Notes: generated by a model from the letters alone, not told the origin. Counted from the stretch's first letter, positions 21,176 to 31,113 are shown. The stretch is 64,000 nt of DNA from Candidatus Omnitrophota bacterium (GCA_015233335.1 JADFXX010000003.1:93694-157693); one strand, 5' to 3'. Numbers and translations are program-made.

Positions 21176-21522
21176 TGGAGCGCTCCCTTTTTCCAAGCGT
21201 AATAAAGTCCAAGGCCCAAAACAAGGATAAAAGCCGCCATTTCAAAAAAAGCCACCTGCCCTAACTGGCGGAACACCACGGCCCACGGCATGGTAAATAG
21301 GATTTCCACATCAAAAATGACAAAAATAAGGGCAAATAAATAATAGCGGACATTAAATTGGATGCGGGAATCCCCTTGAATGATCTCTCCGCATTCATAA
21401 GGCGAATTTTTAGCTTCACTGGGAGCTTTGGGACGGAATAAAAATGAAACGGCAAAGGCAGAGCCAACGAAAGCTATACCTAAAAAAAGAAAAATGATTA
21501 TATAGTAATAATTGGGTATCAT
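21166..21522 (-). CDS. nuoA: NADH-quinone oxidoreductase subunit A
   Basis: 118 aa with 3 TM helices and a PYECG motif; first gene of the nuo block. Confidence 0.9.
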   Translation of the reverse strand: MIPNYYYIIIFLFLGIAFVGSAFAVSFLFRPKAPSEAKNSPYECGEIIQGDSRIQFNVRYYLFALIFVIFDVEILFTMPWAVVFRQLGQVAFFEMAAFILVLGLGLYYAWKKGALQWQ

Positions 21523-21531
21523 TTTTGGGGG

Positions 21532-21951
21532 TTAGCGCTTAAACTCCGTTGCTAAAATTAAATGCTTGATCCCTGACTTTGATGCCGCATCAATGACCTG
21601 AACAACATAGTCATATTTCACATTACGGTCCCCATTAATGATAATGGAAGGGTCCCTATAAGCCTTAATGATACTTTTTAATTTAAATTTGAAGACATCC
21701 AGATCAAATTTAAGATTATATTTCTGGTTCTCCAGATAAACTTCACCATTGGATGTGATGCTGACATTAATGTCTTTACTCTCCACAGGCTGTTGATTGC
21801 TGGAAACCTGCGGTAAAGCAATTTTAATGCTGGAACGGTAGATCAAAGGTGTAGTAACTATAAAAACTATCAACAGCACTAAAACAACGTCTGTAAAAGG
21901 GGCGATATTAATGTCCGAGATCAATTTGGTGTTTCTCTGGGGTCTTCTCAT
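21532..21951 (-). CDS. exbD: ExbD/TolR-family biopolymer transport protein
   Basis: Single N-terminal TM (INIAPFTDVVLVLLIVF) and an ExbD-like periplasmic domain. Confidence 0.85.
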   Translation of the reverse strand: MRRPQRNTKLISDINIAPFTDVVLVLLIVFIVTTPLIYRSSIKIALPQVSSNQQPVESKDINVSITSNGEVYLENQKYNLKFDLDVFKFKLKSIIKAYRDPSIIINGDRNVKYDYVVQVIDAASKSGIKHLILATEFKR

Positions 21952-22577
21952 TATTTTTTAACACACAGTAAGTCAACTAATTCAGAGGCGGCCAATTCCA
22001 TATCTACTATAAAGGTGTCAATTTTACGGCTAAACCAGTTAAAACATAGGACAGCGGGAATAGCTACCAAAAGGCCTGCGGCCGTGCACACCAATGCTTC
22101 CGCAATGCCCACGGTGACAACATCCATGCCACCGCTGCCAACCCTTGAAATGTCATTAAAAGCCCGCATAATGCCAATAACTGTGCCCAAAAGACCGATA
22201 TACACCGCTGTCCCTCCAATGGACCCGACAATGCCGGTAAAACGTTCAAGTTTAACCGTTTCGACCGTAATCTCCCTTTCCATGGCATTAGATATAATTT
22301 TTTCATCATGCCCGTAAAGGTTAAGGCCTGCTAATGCGACACGGGCCGATGGAGTATCGATATTCTTGCAAATACCAACAGCGTTGAGCATCTGGCCGCG
22401 GCCGCACTCTTTGCGGATCTGTTCCATTAAGCTCACTCTGGAAAGCCGTGAACGGCGAGAGTAATAAAGCACACGTTCGATAATAACAGCAATAGAAATG
22501 ATCGAACAGAGAATAAGGATGTACATTGTAAATCCGCCGGCAGCAATAATTTCAAAAATATTTTGACCTTTAAACAT
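21951..22577 (-). CDS. exbB: ExbB/TolQ/MotA-family proton channel
   Basis: MotA/TolQ/ExbB-like 3-TM protein whose stop overlaps the exbD start. Confidence 0.85.
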   Translation of the reverse strand: MFKGQNIFEIIAAGGFTMYILILCSIISIAVIIERVLYYSRRSRLSRVSLMEQIRKECGRGQMLNAVGICKNIDTPSARVALAGLNLYGHDEKIISNAMEREITVETVKLERFTGIVGSIGGTAVYIGLLGTVIGIMRAFNDISRVGSGGMDVVTVGIAEALVCTAAGLLVAIPAVLCFNWFSRKIDTFIVDMELAASELVDLLCVKK

Positions 22578-22806
22578 GATTTCTCCTAAAAAAAGACATT
22601 ATGCCCTGTTTTGTAAATAGTAGTTTTTAATTCTAGCTGAATCACCTGGAGAAAACAAGAAAAATACAGAAATTTGACCGTATTCCCTATTGTTCTCATC
22701 GGGTTAATAAGTGCTAAACCAATGAATTGAAGGAATGGTCTTGACTTACAAGAGTATTATGGCAAAATATCACAATTAAAATGTTCAACGTCATTAGGAG
22801 AAAGAC

Positions 22807-23940
22807 ATGACCATAGGCATACCCAAAGAAACATTTCCCGGAGAACATCGGGTCGCATTCATACCTTCGTCCGTTGATCGTATAGTCAAAAAAGGCGCCC
22901 AAGTTATTATAGAAGCAGGTCTGGGGGCTTCCATCGGCATTGCGGATGAAGAATATAAAAAAGCAGGTGCCGGCATTGAAACTAACCGACAAGCACTCCT
23001 ATCCTCTGCTGATATCACCCTGCGCTTGCGAAAACCGCCTATCGACGAAGTCAGCCTTTTAAAAAAAGGTTCTATTCATATTAGTTTTCTTGATCCCTTT
23101 AATGAAAAAACGCTCGTTCAGGCTTTGGCTCAAAATCATATCAGCGCGTTTAGCATGGAAATGATCCCGCGTACGACAAGAGCTCAAAAGATGGATGCTT
23201 TAAGTTCTCAGGCAAATTTGGCCGGCTATGTCACGGTTATTTTAGCTGCCGAGCGGCTTCCCAAAATATTCCCTATGCTGATGACACCTGCAGGTACCAT
23301 AGCGCCAGCCCGTGTATTTATTATCGGTGCCGGTGTCGCAGGCTTACAGGCGATCGCAACCGCAAAACGTCTGGGAGCGCGTGTAGAAGCTTTCGACACC
23401 CGCGCGGTTGTCAAAGAACAGGTGCAATCTTTAGGAGCTAAATTCGTTGAAATTGATCTGGGAGAAACAGGCCAAACGGCTCAGGGTTATGCCAAGGCTT
23501 TAAGTCCTGAGCAATTAGAAAAACAGCGGCAGGGAATGGCCAAGATTTGTGCCCAATCTGATGTGATCATAACTACTGCTCAATTATTCGGCCGCCGTGC
23601 ACCGGTGGTTTTAACCAAGGATATGCTTGCCCAGATGAAACCCGGGACTATTATTGTGGATATGGCGGTTGAATCCGGCGGTAATGTGGAAGGTTCTAAA
23701 GTTAATGAGGAAGTCCTTACTTCAAATGGTGTGCGAATCCTCGGAATAGGCAATCTTCCCGGACGTGTCGCGATCCATGCGTCGCAAATGTATTCCGCTA
23801 ATTTGCATAATTTGCTTGAAGAGTATTGGGATAAGGACAGCAAAGCTTTTAAGATCAATCTTGAAGATGAAATTATTAAAGGCGCTTTAATTACTTATCA
23901 GGGACAAATTGTTAACGAAATGGTTAAGGGAATGAAGTAA
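22807..23940 (+). CDS. pntAA: NAD(P) transhydrogenase subunit alpha part 1
   Basis: Alanine-dehydrogenase/PNT-like dI domain (IIGAGVAGLQAIATAKRLGA). SD AGGAG lies 6 nt upstream. Confidence 0.92.
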   Translation: MTIGIPKETFPGEHRVAFIPSSVDRIVKKGAQVIIEAGLGASIGIADEEYKKAGAGIETNRQALLSSADITLRLRKPPIDEVSLLKKGSIHISFLDPFNEKTLVQALAQNHISAFSMEMIPRTTRAQKMDALSSQANLAGYVTVILAAERLPKIFPMLMTPAGTIAPARVFIIGAGVAGLQAIATAKRLGARVEAFDTRAVVKEQVQSLGAKFVEIDLGETGQTAQGYAKALSPEQLEKQRQGMAKICAQSDVIITTAQLFGRRAPVVLTKDMLAQMKPGTIIVDMAVESGGNVEGSKVNEEVLTSNGVRILGIGNLPGRVAIHASQMYSANLHNLLEEYWDKDSKAFKINLEDEIIKGALITYQGQIVNEMVKGMK

Positions 23941-23949
23941 GGAGCTATT

Positions 23950-24231
23950 ATGGAACTTATTTATTTGTTGTTTATTTTAGTGTTGTCTGTGTTCTTGGGT
24001 TTTGCCTTAATTTCGCGTGTGCCTCCCCTGCTGCATACGCCTTTGATGTCTGAAGCTAATGCTATTTGCGGGATCATTATCATTGGGGCTTTGGTCTCTG
24101 CAGGAGTTGATGCCAATAGCACTTTGACCATTATATTAGGGACTTCTGCCGTTGCTTTAGCTACTTTTAACGTTGTCGGCGGCTATTTAGTCACTGAACG
24201 CATGCTTAAAATGTTCAAGAAAAAAGGATAA
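23950..24231 (+). CDS. pntAB: NAD(P) transhydrogenase subunit alpha part 2 (membrane)
   Basis: 93-aa hydrophobic protein between pntAA and pntB. Confidence 0.88.
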   Translation: MELIYLLFILVLSVFLGFALISRVPPLLHTPLMSEANAICGIIIIGALVSAGVDANSTLTIILGTSAVALATFNVVGGYLVTERMLKMFKKKG

Positions 24232-24234
24232 AGA

Positions 24235-25617
24235 ATGAATAATGAATTTCTTATGAATTTGATTTACATCATCAGCTCTTGTTTATTTGCCTTTGGGTTA
24301 AAATTCCTAGGATCGCCGGTTACAGCCCGCCGCGGCAACATACTATCTGCTTCAGGGATGTTTTTAGCTATTATAGCCACATTGGCAGGCAGTCATGTCA
24401 TTAGTTTTCAGTGGATCCTTATAGGTATTCTGATCGGAGCAAGCTTAGGCGCTTTAGTAGCCTTTAAAGCCGCTATGACCCAGATGCCAGAAATGATCGC
24501 CCTTTTGCATGGTTGCGGGGCCCTAGCCAGCGTTTTTATCGGCTGGATCGCTTATTGTGTGCATGGCGCCACTGATTTAACTAATACCATTACCCTTTAT
24601 TTATCCATTGTTATCGGCGGCCTGACCTTTACCGGCAGTGCCATCGCCTGGGGCAAGCTAAGCGAACATATTCCCGGCAAACCAATCTTATTTACCGGTC
24701 AAAAATGGCTGAACACAGGGATCATTTCTGCCATTCTTGTTCTTGGTGTTATGTTTATCATGCAACCGGCCAGATATGATCTGTTTCTGATTATTCTTGG
24801 TCTTTCCTGTCTTTTTGGTATTTTTATGGTCATACCCATCGGCGGTGCGGATATGCCGGTGGTTATTTCTGTCTTAAACAGCTATTCTGGTGTAGTTGCT
24901 TGCACGACCGGTTTTGTTATTCATAACACCCTTTTGATCGTGGTGGGATCGCTGGTCGGGGCCAACGGTATGATCTTAAGTATTATCATGTGTAAGGCCA
25001 TGAACCGTTCCATCACCAATGTGCTATTCGGAGCTTTCGGCAGTGTGGTTAAAAAATCTGCGACAGGGGAAAAGAAAGAAGCCAAGGCCATCTCAGTCGA
25101 GGACGCTTTCTTGATATTGGAAAACGCTAAATCCGTTGTTATTATTCCCGGCTATGGTTTGGCCGTGGCCCAAGCCCAGCATGCGGTACGGGAATTAGGT
25201 GAATTCTTGGAGAAAAACGGCTGTGATGTTAAATATGCCATTCATCCTGTGGCAGGCCGTATGCCCGGCCACATGAACGTATTGCTTGCGGAAGCGAATA
25301 TTTCATACGACCAGCTGATGGAAATGGATGCGATCAATCCTTTGATGGAAAACGCGGATGCGGCGATCGTGATCGGCGCCAATGACGTTGTTAATCCAGC
25401 CTCACGCCATGACAAGTCTAGCCCTATTTACGGGATGCCCATCATTAACGCCGACAAGGCTAAAACTGTCTTTGTCCTCAAGCGTTCCATGGCGACCGGT
25501 TTTGCCGGCATTGAAAATGAATTGTTCTATTACGATAATTGCCGCATGATCTTTGGCGATGCCAAACAAACTGTGCAGGCTCTAGTCGCAGAATTCAAGA
25601 GCGGTCAATCCCGTTAA
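24235..25617 (+). CDS. pntB: NAD(P) transhydrogenase subunit beta
   Basis: Membrane dII domain plus C-terminal dIII domain (PGYGLAVAQAQH...HPVAGRMPGHMNVLLAEA). Confidence 0.92.
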   Translation: MNNEFLMNLIYIISSCLFAFGLKFLGSPVTARRGNILSASGMFLAIIATLAGSHVISFQWILIGILIGASLGALVAFKAAMTQMPEMIALLHGCGALASVFIGWIAYCVHGATDLTNTITLYLSIVIGGLTFTGSAIAWGKLSEHIPGKPILFTGQKWLNTGIISAILVLGVMFIMQPARYDLFLIILGLSCLFGIFMVIPIGGADMPVVISVLNSYSGVVACTTGFVIHNTLLIVVGSLVGANGMILSIIMCKAMNRSITNVLFGAFGSVVKKSATGEKKEAKAISVEDAFLILENAKSVVIIPGYGLAVAQAQHAVRELGEFLEKNGCDVKYAIHPVAGRMPGHMNVLLAEANISYDQLMEMDAINPLMENADAAIVIGANDVVNPASRHDKSSPIYGMPIINADKAKTVFVLKRSMATGFAGIENELFYYDNCRMIFGDAKQTVQALVAEFKSGQSR

Positions 25618-26024
25618 ACTAAACTTATCTCTTCGGGAAGCCTGCTGTGGGGCGTCATGGCTTCCATCGATTTGATCGTCACTACAGCCAAATAATAATT
25701 AGGGTCTTCGGGGCCTGCGAAATATTGGCGCAACATCGGCACATTCTCAAACACCAATTGTTTCTTTGAAATATCATCACTGATAATAGCTTTACCGCTT
25801 ATCCGGCAATACCACATTTTGCGGTCTACAAAACAAATTTCTACGTTTGGATTGGACTTGATCTGTGCGATCGTGCGGGAACGGCCTAAAAGGGCTAATA
25901 AAAGTTCGCCATCATCGCTTAAATACGGCATCATGGGACGTACGCGCGGCTGATCCCCTTCCACAGTCGCAAAAAATCCAAAACCGGCATCACGAACAAT
26001 ATCAATAGCTTCGTCTTTAGTCAT
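25614..26024 (-). CDS. Pyridoxamine-5'-phosphate-oxidase-like FMN-binding (split-barrel) protein
   Basis: Size and sequence pattern (FATV..DGQPRVRPM...) are typical of the PNPOx-like family. Function is not specific. Confidence 0.65.
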   Translation of the reverse strand: MTKDEAIDIVRDAGFGFFATVEGDQPRVRPMMPYLSDDGELLLALLGRSRTIAQIKSNPNVEICFVDRKMWYCRISGKAIISDDISKKQLVFENVPMLRQYFAGPEDPNYYLAVVTIKSMEAMTPHSRLPEEISLV

Positions 26025-26035
26025 AGTTTCTTCTC

Positions 26036-26833
26036 CTAATCTTTAAACTTATCAGTTCCTATAAAATCTGTATTCTTAACTGCCACTATTTCAGCGATGA
26101 TGGAAACAGCGATTTCTTCTGGGGTTTGAGATCCTATGTCGATGCCCATGGGGATATGGATACGTTTTAAATATTTTTCTTCAATGCCTGATTTTTTTAA
26201 TCGTCCAAAGAATTTGATCCTTTTGGCTCTACTTGAAATCACTCCAATATAACCGGCAGGAGCTTTAATAACTGCTTTCAGGCATTCAAAATCATATTCA
26301 TTGCCTTGGGTGACTATCGTGATGTAGGTGTTGGGTTTCACTTTTATTTTTGCTAATTCTTTTGCATGATTGCCGACAATGATCTGGTTGACATGAGGAA
26401 AACGTCTTTTGTTGGCAAATTCCTTGCGGTCATCGATGATCGTCACTTTAAACCCGAGGATTTTTCCGACAGCAGACAAGGGTAATGCGATATGACCTGC
26501 TCCACAGATGATCAAATGGTCTGTTGAGGCGAATGGCTCAATGAAAACTTTCATCATCCCGCCGCAGACAGACTCTCCATGGCGGCCAAAATAATTGTAT
26601 GTCACTGTTAGAGGTTTTTGAGTTTTTATCGCTTTAAGACATTCGGCAATGGCTGCCTTTTCGTTGCGCCCCCCGCCGATCGTCCCGTATGAGGTGCCGT
26701 CACCAAAAACGATCATCTTGGCCCCAGCTTTTCGGGGCGTTCCTTTTAGGGTTGCTTCAACTATGGTAGCAAAGCAGTAGTTCTGGCCTTTGCGGCATGC
26801 TTGAAGCGCTTTATGAAGAATCTCTGAAGACAT
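26036..26833 (-). CDS. XdhC/CoxI-family molybdoenzyme maturation protein
   Basis: XdhC N-terminal domain plus a Rossmann-like domain (LIICGAGHIALPL). Adjacent to the molybdenum hydroxylase genes. Confidence 0.8.
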   Translation of the reverse strand: MSSEILHKALQACRKGQNYCFATIVEATLKGTPRKAGAKMIVFGDGTSYGTIGGGRNEKAAIAECLKAIKTQKPLTVTYNYFGRHGESVCGGMMKVFIEPFASTDHLIICGAGHIALPLSAVGKILGFKVTIIDDRKEFANKRRFPHVNQIIVGNHAKELAKIKVKPNTYITIVTQGNEYDFECLKAVIKAPAGYIGVISSRAKRIKFFGRLKKSGIEEKYLKRIHIPMGIDIGSQTPEEIAVSIIAEIVAVKNTDFIGTDKFKD

Positions 26834-27393
26834 TATTCTTTTAGATAAGCTTTAATGATCTTTTGATCAGCTGTCGGACGATCATCAGCGCCTGTTGGCG
26901 TATTTTCGATCTTTTGCACAACATCATAGCCCTGCGTGACCTTGCCAAAGATCGTATGATGATTATTGAGCCATGGAGTCGGAATAGTCGTAATAAAAAA
27001 CTGGCTGCTATTAGTATCCGGACCGCGATTAGCCATGGCTAAAATACCACGTGTATCAAAAACAAGGTCAGGATTAAATTCGTCAGCAAAAGTCCCCCCC
27101 CATAAACTATCTCCCCCGCGGCCAGTTCCGGTCGGATCCCCCCCTTGGAGCATAAAGCCCTTAATGACACGATGAAAAATTAAACCGTTATAGTAGCCTT
27201 TTTTGACCAGACCGACAAAATTCTCAACAGTCTTGGGAGCTTTATCCGGGTATAACGTCAATTCGATATTTCCCTGGTTGGTTTCAAGAATGACTACGGT
27301 TGATTTCATGTTAGACTCCTGTTGTGCATGGGTTAATGAAAGCGGCATTAGAGCAAAAATACAAAAAATTAATAAACGGCAGCTTGCAATCAT
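26833..27393 (-). CDS. Periplasmic cyclophilin-type peptidyl-prolyl isomerase
   Basis: Signal peptide plus FHRVIKGFMLQGGDPTGTG and SQFFIT motifs. Confidence 0.9.
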   Translation of the reverse strand: MIASCRLLIFCIFALMPLSLTHAQQESNMKSTVVILETNQGNIELTLYPDKAPKTVENFVGLVKKGYYNGLIFHRVIKGFMLQGGDPTGTGRGGDSLWGGTFADEFNPDLVFDTRGILAMANRGPDTNSSQFFITTIPTPWLNNHHTIFGKVTQGYDVVQKIENTPTGADDRPTADQKIIKAYLKE

Positions 27394-27415
27394 AAAATTT
27401 CCTCCTGAGATAAAT

Positions 27416-27736
27416 TTATGTTATTGAATTTTCTTTGGGCTGGCTTGGGGGTAATCCTAATTCAGATCTAAACATCCGGTTTTGTTCTCTTAAACGCTGA
27501 ATTTCATCTTCTAAAAGTTTTATGATCTTATCATAATTTTGTGATTGAACGTGAAGCATTTTTAATTCTGCTTGCAGGTGATGGATGATCCTATTTTTAT
27601 CTACTAACATTATTTCCAATTTTTCTGTTCCAAGAGAAGATTGTTCAATAGGCAGTGATTTGCGCATTTCAGGGACGATCAATTTGGCTACATAATATAG
27701 GCCAATGATTAAAACAATTAATATAGGAATTAACAT
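27416..27736 (-). CDS. Membrane-anchored coiled-coil protein, unknown function
   Basis: N-terminal TM helix followed by a heptad-like helix. No motif recognised. Confidence 0.5.
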   Translation of the reverse strand: MLIPILIVLIIGLYYVAKLIVPEMRKSLPIEQSSLGTEKLEIMLVDKNRIIHHLQAELKMLHVQSQNYDKIIKLLEDEIQRLREQNRMFRSELGLPPSQPKENSIT

Positions 27737-27748
27737 CCCTGCCCCCTA

Positions 27749-27776
27749 TTGACAGCTAAAGCAGCCTCTTTATAAT
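27749..27776 (+). promoter_or_regulatory. Near-consensus sigma-70 promoter placing the TSS at or next to the mocA-like ATG (leaderless)
   Basis: TTGACA (27749-54), a 16-nt spacer, TATAAT (27771-76), then 6 nt to ATG 27783. No SD is present. Confidence 0.5.
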
Positions 27777-27782
27777 ACTGTA

Positions 27783-28361
27783 ATGATATCATGCCTTGTA
27801 TTATCTGCCGGTCTTAGTGAACGCTTCGGATCGCCTAAACCACTTGCCCCCTTTAAGGGGACAACAGTTATCGGACACATTCTAAAGACCTTGCTTGAGA
27901 CATCCTGTGATGAAATCATTGTGGTCTTAGGCGCTTCGAGCCATATAATCTTTCCAACACTATTTAACCACACGCGTATCCGTGTTGTCTATAACAAAGA
28001 TTACAATTTTGGACAGACATCCTCTGTTCAAATGGGCTGGCGTAGTCTTTCTGAAAACGTTTCTGGTGTTATGATCTTGCCGGTTGATTGTCCCCTATTG
28101 CAGGCATCCAGTATTGAGAAAATGATCCAATGTTTTAATGAGAAGAATCCTGAAATTCTAATTCCTACCTTCAATCATAGAAAAGGCCACCCTCCCATTT
28201 TTAAAGCAGATTTAAAAGAAGAAGTGTTAGGGCTTCCTTTTAACTTGGGCCTTAATTCTTTGTTTAGCGCTCACCCTCCGCAAACAATAGAAATTGATGA
28301 TATCGGGGTCATCAAGAGTTTTAATACACCGGAAGAATTAGAAATTATTTCCAGATTATAG
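27783..28361 (+). CDS. MobA/MocA-family molybdenum cofactor nucleotidyltransferase
   Basis: N-terminal LVLSAGLSERFG motif and a GT-A-like fold pattern. Next to the xdh-like genes, consistent with an MCD-type cofactor. Confidence 0.8.
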   Translation: MISCLVLSAGLSERFGSPKPLAPFKGTTVIGHILKTLLETSCDEIIVVLGASSHIIFPTLFNHTRIRVVYNKDYNFGQTSSVQMGWRSLSENVSGVMILPVDCPLLQASSIEKMIQCFNEKNPEILIPTFNHRKGHPPIFKADLKEEVLGLPFNLGLNSLFSAHPPQTIEIDDIGVIKSFNTPEELEIISRL

Positions 28362-28719
28362 CTTTTGCAGTGTAATTGGTGCGGATATAAGCGTTGGCCA
28401 GAAGCTTTTGGGGCTTGAGTTGTTTCCACATATCTGTTGAGTCGCATTTGACATCAGTAATAGCGTCAGCACCCAAAATAGCGGCTTCCTGTTTTAATTT
28501 AGGTAAAACCTCATCAATGGATTGGTTGCGCTCGGTCGTGACTGTCACAGTCCCAATTTCCGTATAAGGCTTGTCCACTTTTTCTAAGTAAGTGACTTGA
28601 TCGATGCTTGTCTTAGGAGCATAAAAATCCTGCGAAGTGTCTTTAGAATCGATCTGATAGACCGTGCACCCAGTGGAAAAAACAGCTAAAATTAATAAAA
28701 CGAATAATGAATGTTTCAT
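28345..28719 (-). CDS. Small lipoprotein, unknown function
   Basis: Lipobox STGC. Its 3' end overlaps the convergent mocA-like gene by 17 nt. Confidence 0.6.
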   Translation of the reverse strand: MKHSLFVLLILAVFSTGCTVYQIDSKDTSQDFYAPKTSIDQVTYLEKVDKPYTEIGTVTVTTERNQSIDEVLPKLKQEAAILGADAITDVKCDSTDMWKQLKPQKLLANAYIRTNYTAKAIIWK

Positions 28720-28770
28720 ATCTAATGATTATATTACCAAATTTAATGAAAACAATAAATTTTAAATTTT

Positions 28771-31095
28771 TTAAGTTTGCAGTGCTTTTAAAGCCTCAAT
28801 GATCTTTTCGGGTGTGATGGGTAATTCTTTGATACGCACACCAATGGCATCTTCTATAGCATTGGCAATGGCCGCTGAAGTCGGCAGCAAGGAAGCCTCT
28901 CCCATGCCTTTGGCGCCAAAGGGACCTTCGGGATCATTGGTTTCTATCAGAATAGTATTCATTTTTGGAATGCCGATTGAACGCGGCAGGCGATAGCCGG
29001 CAAAATTCGGATTAAGCACACGGCCGTTTTTAAATCTTAAATCTTCATAAAAGGTATAACCAATACCCATGGCAAGCGACCCCTCGATCTGGGATTCTAC
29101 TGACTGCGGGTTAATGGCGCGGCCGATATCATGCGCGTCCCATAATTCCAGCAGATTGACCTCTCCGGTGTCCGTGTTAACTTCTACTTCGGCGATCTGG
29201 GCTTCAAAACCATAACTGCCTGAAACATTGCCCTCACCGGTACGAAAGTCAATGGGACTGGTTTTTGGATTATAACTGCCACGGCCTATAATTTGTTTGC
29301 CATATTTAAAGGAATAACAAAGTTCGAGCGCACGATCAAAGGTCATTAAAGATTTTCCGTCTTTCTTGAAAATGACCTTTTCGCCCTTTATGTCTAAATC
29401 ATTAATATTCAGGTTGTGTTCGCGGGCGACAATCTCTAAAATTTGTAACTTGGCATCACGTCCGCCTAAAAGAGCTGCATTCCCGGAGATAAAAGTCACC
29501 CGGCTGGCAAAAGAACCGGTGTCAAAGGGAGTGATTTCCGTGTCCCCTGATCTGCATTTAATACGACTGTAACTGACTCCTAATTCATGAGCGGCAATTT
29601 GTGAAAGTGCGGTATTAGACCCTTGGCCTGTGTCAGCAGCCCCAGTAAAAAAATAAACGGACCCGTCTTCTTCAACCTTGACAATTGCCCCTGCAGACTC
29701 ATGGGATTTATACATTTTAGAACCCATCACGTCGGCCGCGATCCCGATCCCGATGCCGCGTTTAAGATGTTTCATCTGTGCACGTTTTTTCCTCCAACCG
29801 GACGCTTCAGCTGCCCGTTCTATACATTCTTTAAGCCCATTGGTCGTTAATATCATTTTATTAACGGTGGTCATATTAGGAGTCGTTATATTTTTGAGAC
29901 GAAATTCAATCGGGTCCATGCCTAGATCCCGGGCAATCATGTCCATGTGCGATTCAATGGCAAAACCGCTTTGTACCCCTCCAAAACCGCGCATGGCACC
30001 GCTGACGGGATTATTGGTATAGATGCGATAACCGCTCATGCGAAAATGCTGTATTTTATAAACCATGAAAATACGCATTATGGCCGCGGCCAGAACAGTC
30101 GGGCCATAACTGCAGTAAGCCCCACCGTCTGCTAAAACTTCACCGGTGATGGCCAAAATAGTGCCGTCTTTTTTAACACCGGTCTTGATCTTATAGATCA
30201 TGCCGTGCTTGCGGCGGGTTGTGGTGAATTCTTCTTCACGGGTCAGACAAATTTTGACAGGCAAACCTCCGGCTTTTTTTGATAACAGGCAAGCCGCAAA
30301 ATCCATGGGCAGCATTTCCAATTTACCGCCAAAGCCCCCGCCCACGGCCATTTTGATGACCCGAATATCATTAAGGTCCATTTTTAATGTTTTGGCTAAA
30401 GCTTCACGGCATTTAAACGGCGCTTGAGATGAAGACCAGAGGGTGATTTTATTGCTGAAAGTTTCCCATTGCCCTACACAAACATGCGGCTCCATGGCCG
30501 AAGGATGAGCGACCGGGCACCAAAATTTGTCTTCACGCACATGATCTGCTTCTTTCATTACGCGCTCGGGGTTGCCAAAATTGACAGGCAAGATCACTGC
30601 AATATTATTGAGAGATTCATGGATCTGGGGCGCTCCCGGCTTGATGGCTTCCTCCATGTCAAAAACTCCGGGAAGGATCTCATACTTTACGTCAATTAAA
30701 TGCAGGGCTTTAATGGCTGTCTCTTCATCTATGGCTGCAACAGCGGCTATCTCATCACCAATATAACGGACCTTATCTGCCTCGATGGCCATTTGATCGA
30801 CTGTATGCGGAAAAAAATATTCGTTAGAACCGAATTTGATCTGGTAGGTGTCTTTAGCGGTAATAATAGCTTTTACACCAGTCAGGGCCTCGGCCTTAGA
30901 TGTATCAATGCTTATGATACGCGCGTGCGGATGCGGGGAACGCAGCATTTTGCCGATCAGCATATTGGGAAAAGATACGTCAAAGACGTACTTTAGCTGG
31001 CCTGTGACAATGCCGCGGCCTTCGATTCGCGGCACACTTTTGCCTACAGGATCGACATATTGATCTACGAACTTTGATTTTGGTGTTAGTGCCAT
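28771..31095 (-). CDS. Xanthine-dehydrogenase-family molybdopterin-binding large subunit (aldehyde oxidoreductase-like)
   Basis: GGGFGGK motif and a/b-hammerhead plus Mo-binding domains. Start set to ATG 31095 (MALTPKSKF...) with AAGGG upstream. The ORF-track extension runs into a structured intergenic RNA. Confidence 0.9.
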   Translation of the reverse strand: MALTPKSKFVDQYVDPVGKSVPRIEGRGIVTGQLKYVFDVSFPNMLIGKMLRSPHPHARIISIDTSKAEALTGVKAIITAKDTYQIKFGSNEYFFPHTVDQMAIEADKVRYIGDEIAAVAAIDEETAIKALHLIDVKYEILPGVFDMEEAIKPGAPQIHESLNNIAVILPVNFGNPERVMKEADHVREDKFWCPVAHPSAMEPHVCVGQWETFSNKITLWSSSQAPFKCREALAKTLKMDLNDIRVIKMAVGGGFGGKLEMLPMDFAACLLSKKAGGLPVKICLTREEEFTTTRRKHGMIYKIKTGVKKDGTILAITGEVLADGGAYCSYGPTVLAAAIMRIFMVYKIQHFRMSGYRIYTNNPVSGAMRGFGGVQSGFAIESHMDMIARDLGMDPIEFRLKNITTPNMTTVNKMILTTNGLKECIERAAEASGWRKKRAQMKHLKRGIGIGIAADVMGSKMYKSHESAGAIVKVEEDGSVYFFTGAADTGQGSNTALSQIAAHELGVSYSRIKCRSGDTEITPFDTGSFASRVTFISGNAALLGGRDAKLQILEIVAREHNLNINDLDIKGEKVIFKKDGKSLMTFDRALELCYSFKYGKQIIGRGSYNPKTSPIDFRTGEGNVSGSYGFEAQIAEVEVNTDTGEVNLLELWDAHDIGRAINPQSVESQIEGSLAMGIGYTFYEDLRFKNGRVLNPNFAGYRLPRSIGIPKMNTILIETNDPEGPFGAKGMGEASLLPTSAAIANAIEDAIGVRIKELPITPEKIIEALKALQT

Positions 31096-31113
31096 ATTAT
31101 AACCCTTACGATT

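Noticed and set aside
22578-22806. ORFs 22714-22992 and 22794-23018 in and around the exbB/pntAA divergent region.
   Set aside because: They overlap the well-supported pntAA 5' end antisense and have no motifs. The interval is better interpreted as a divergent promoter region, although I could not pin down convincing -35/-10 pairs.
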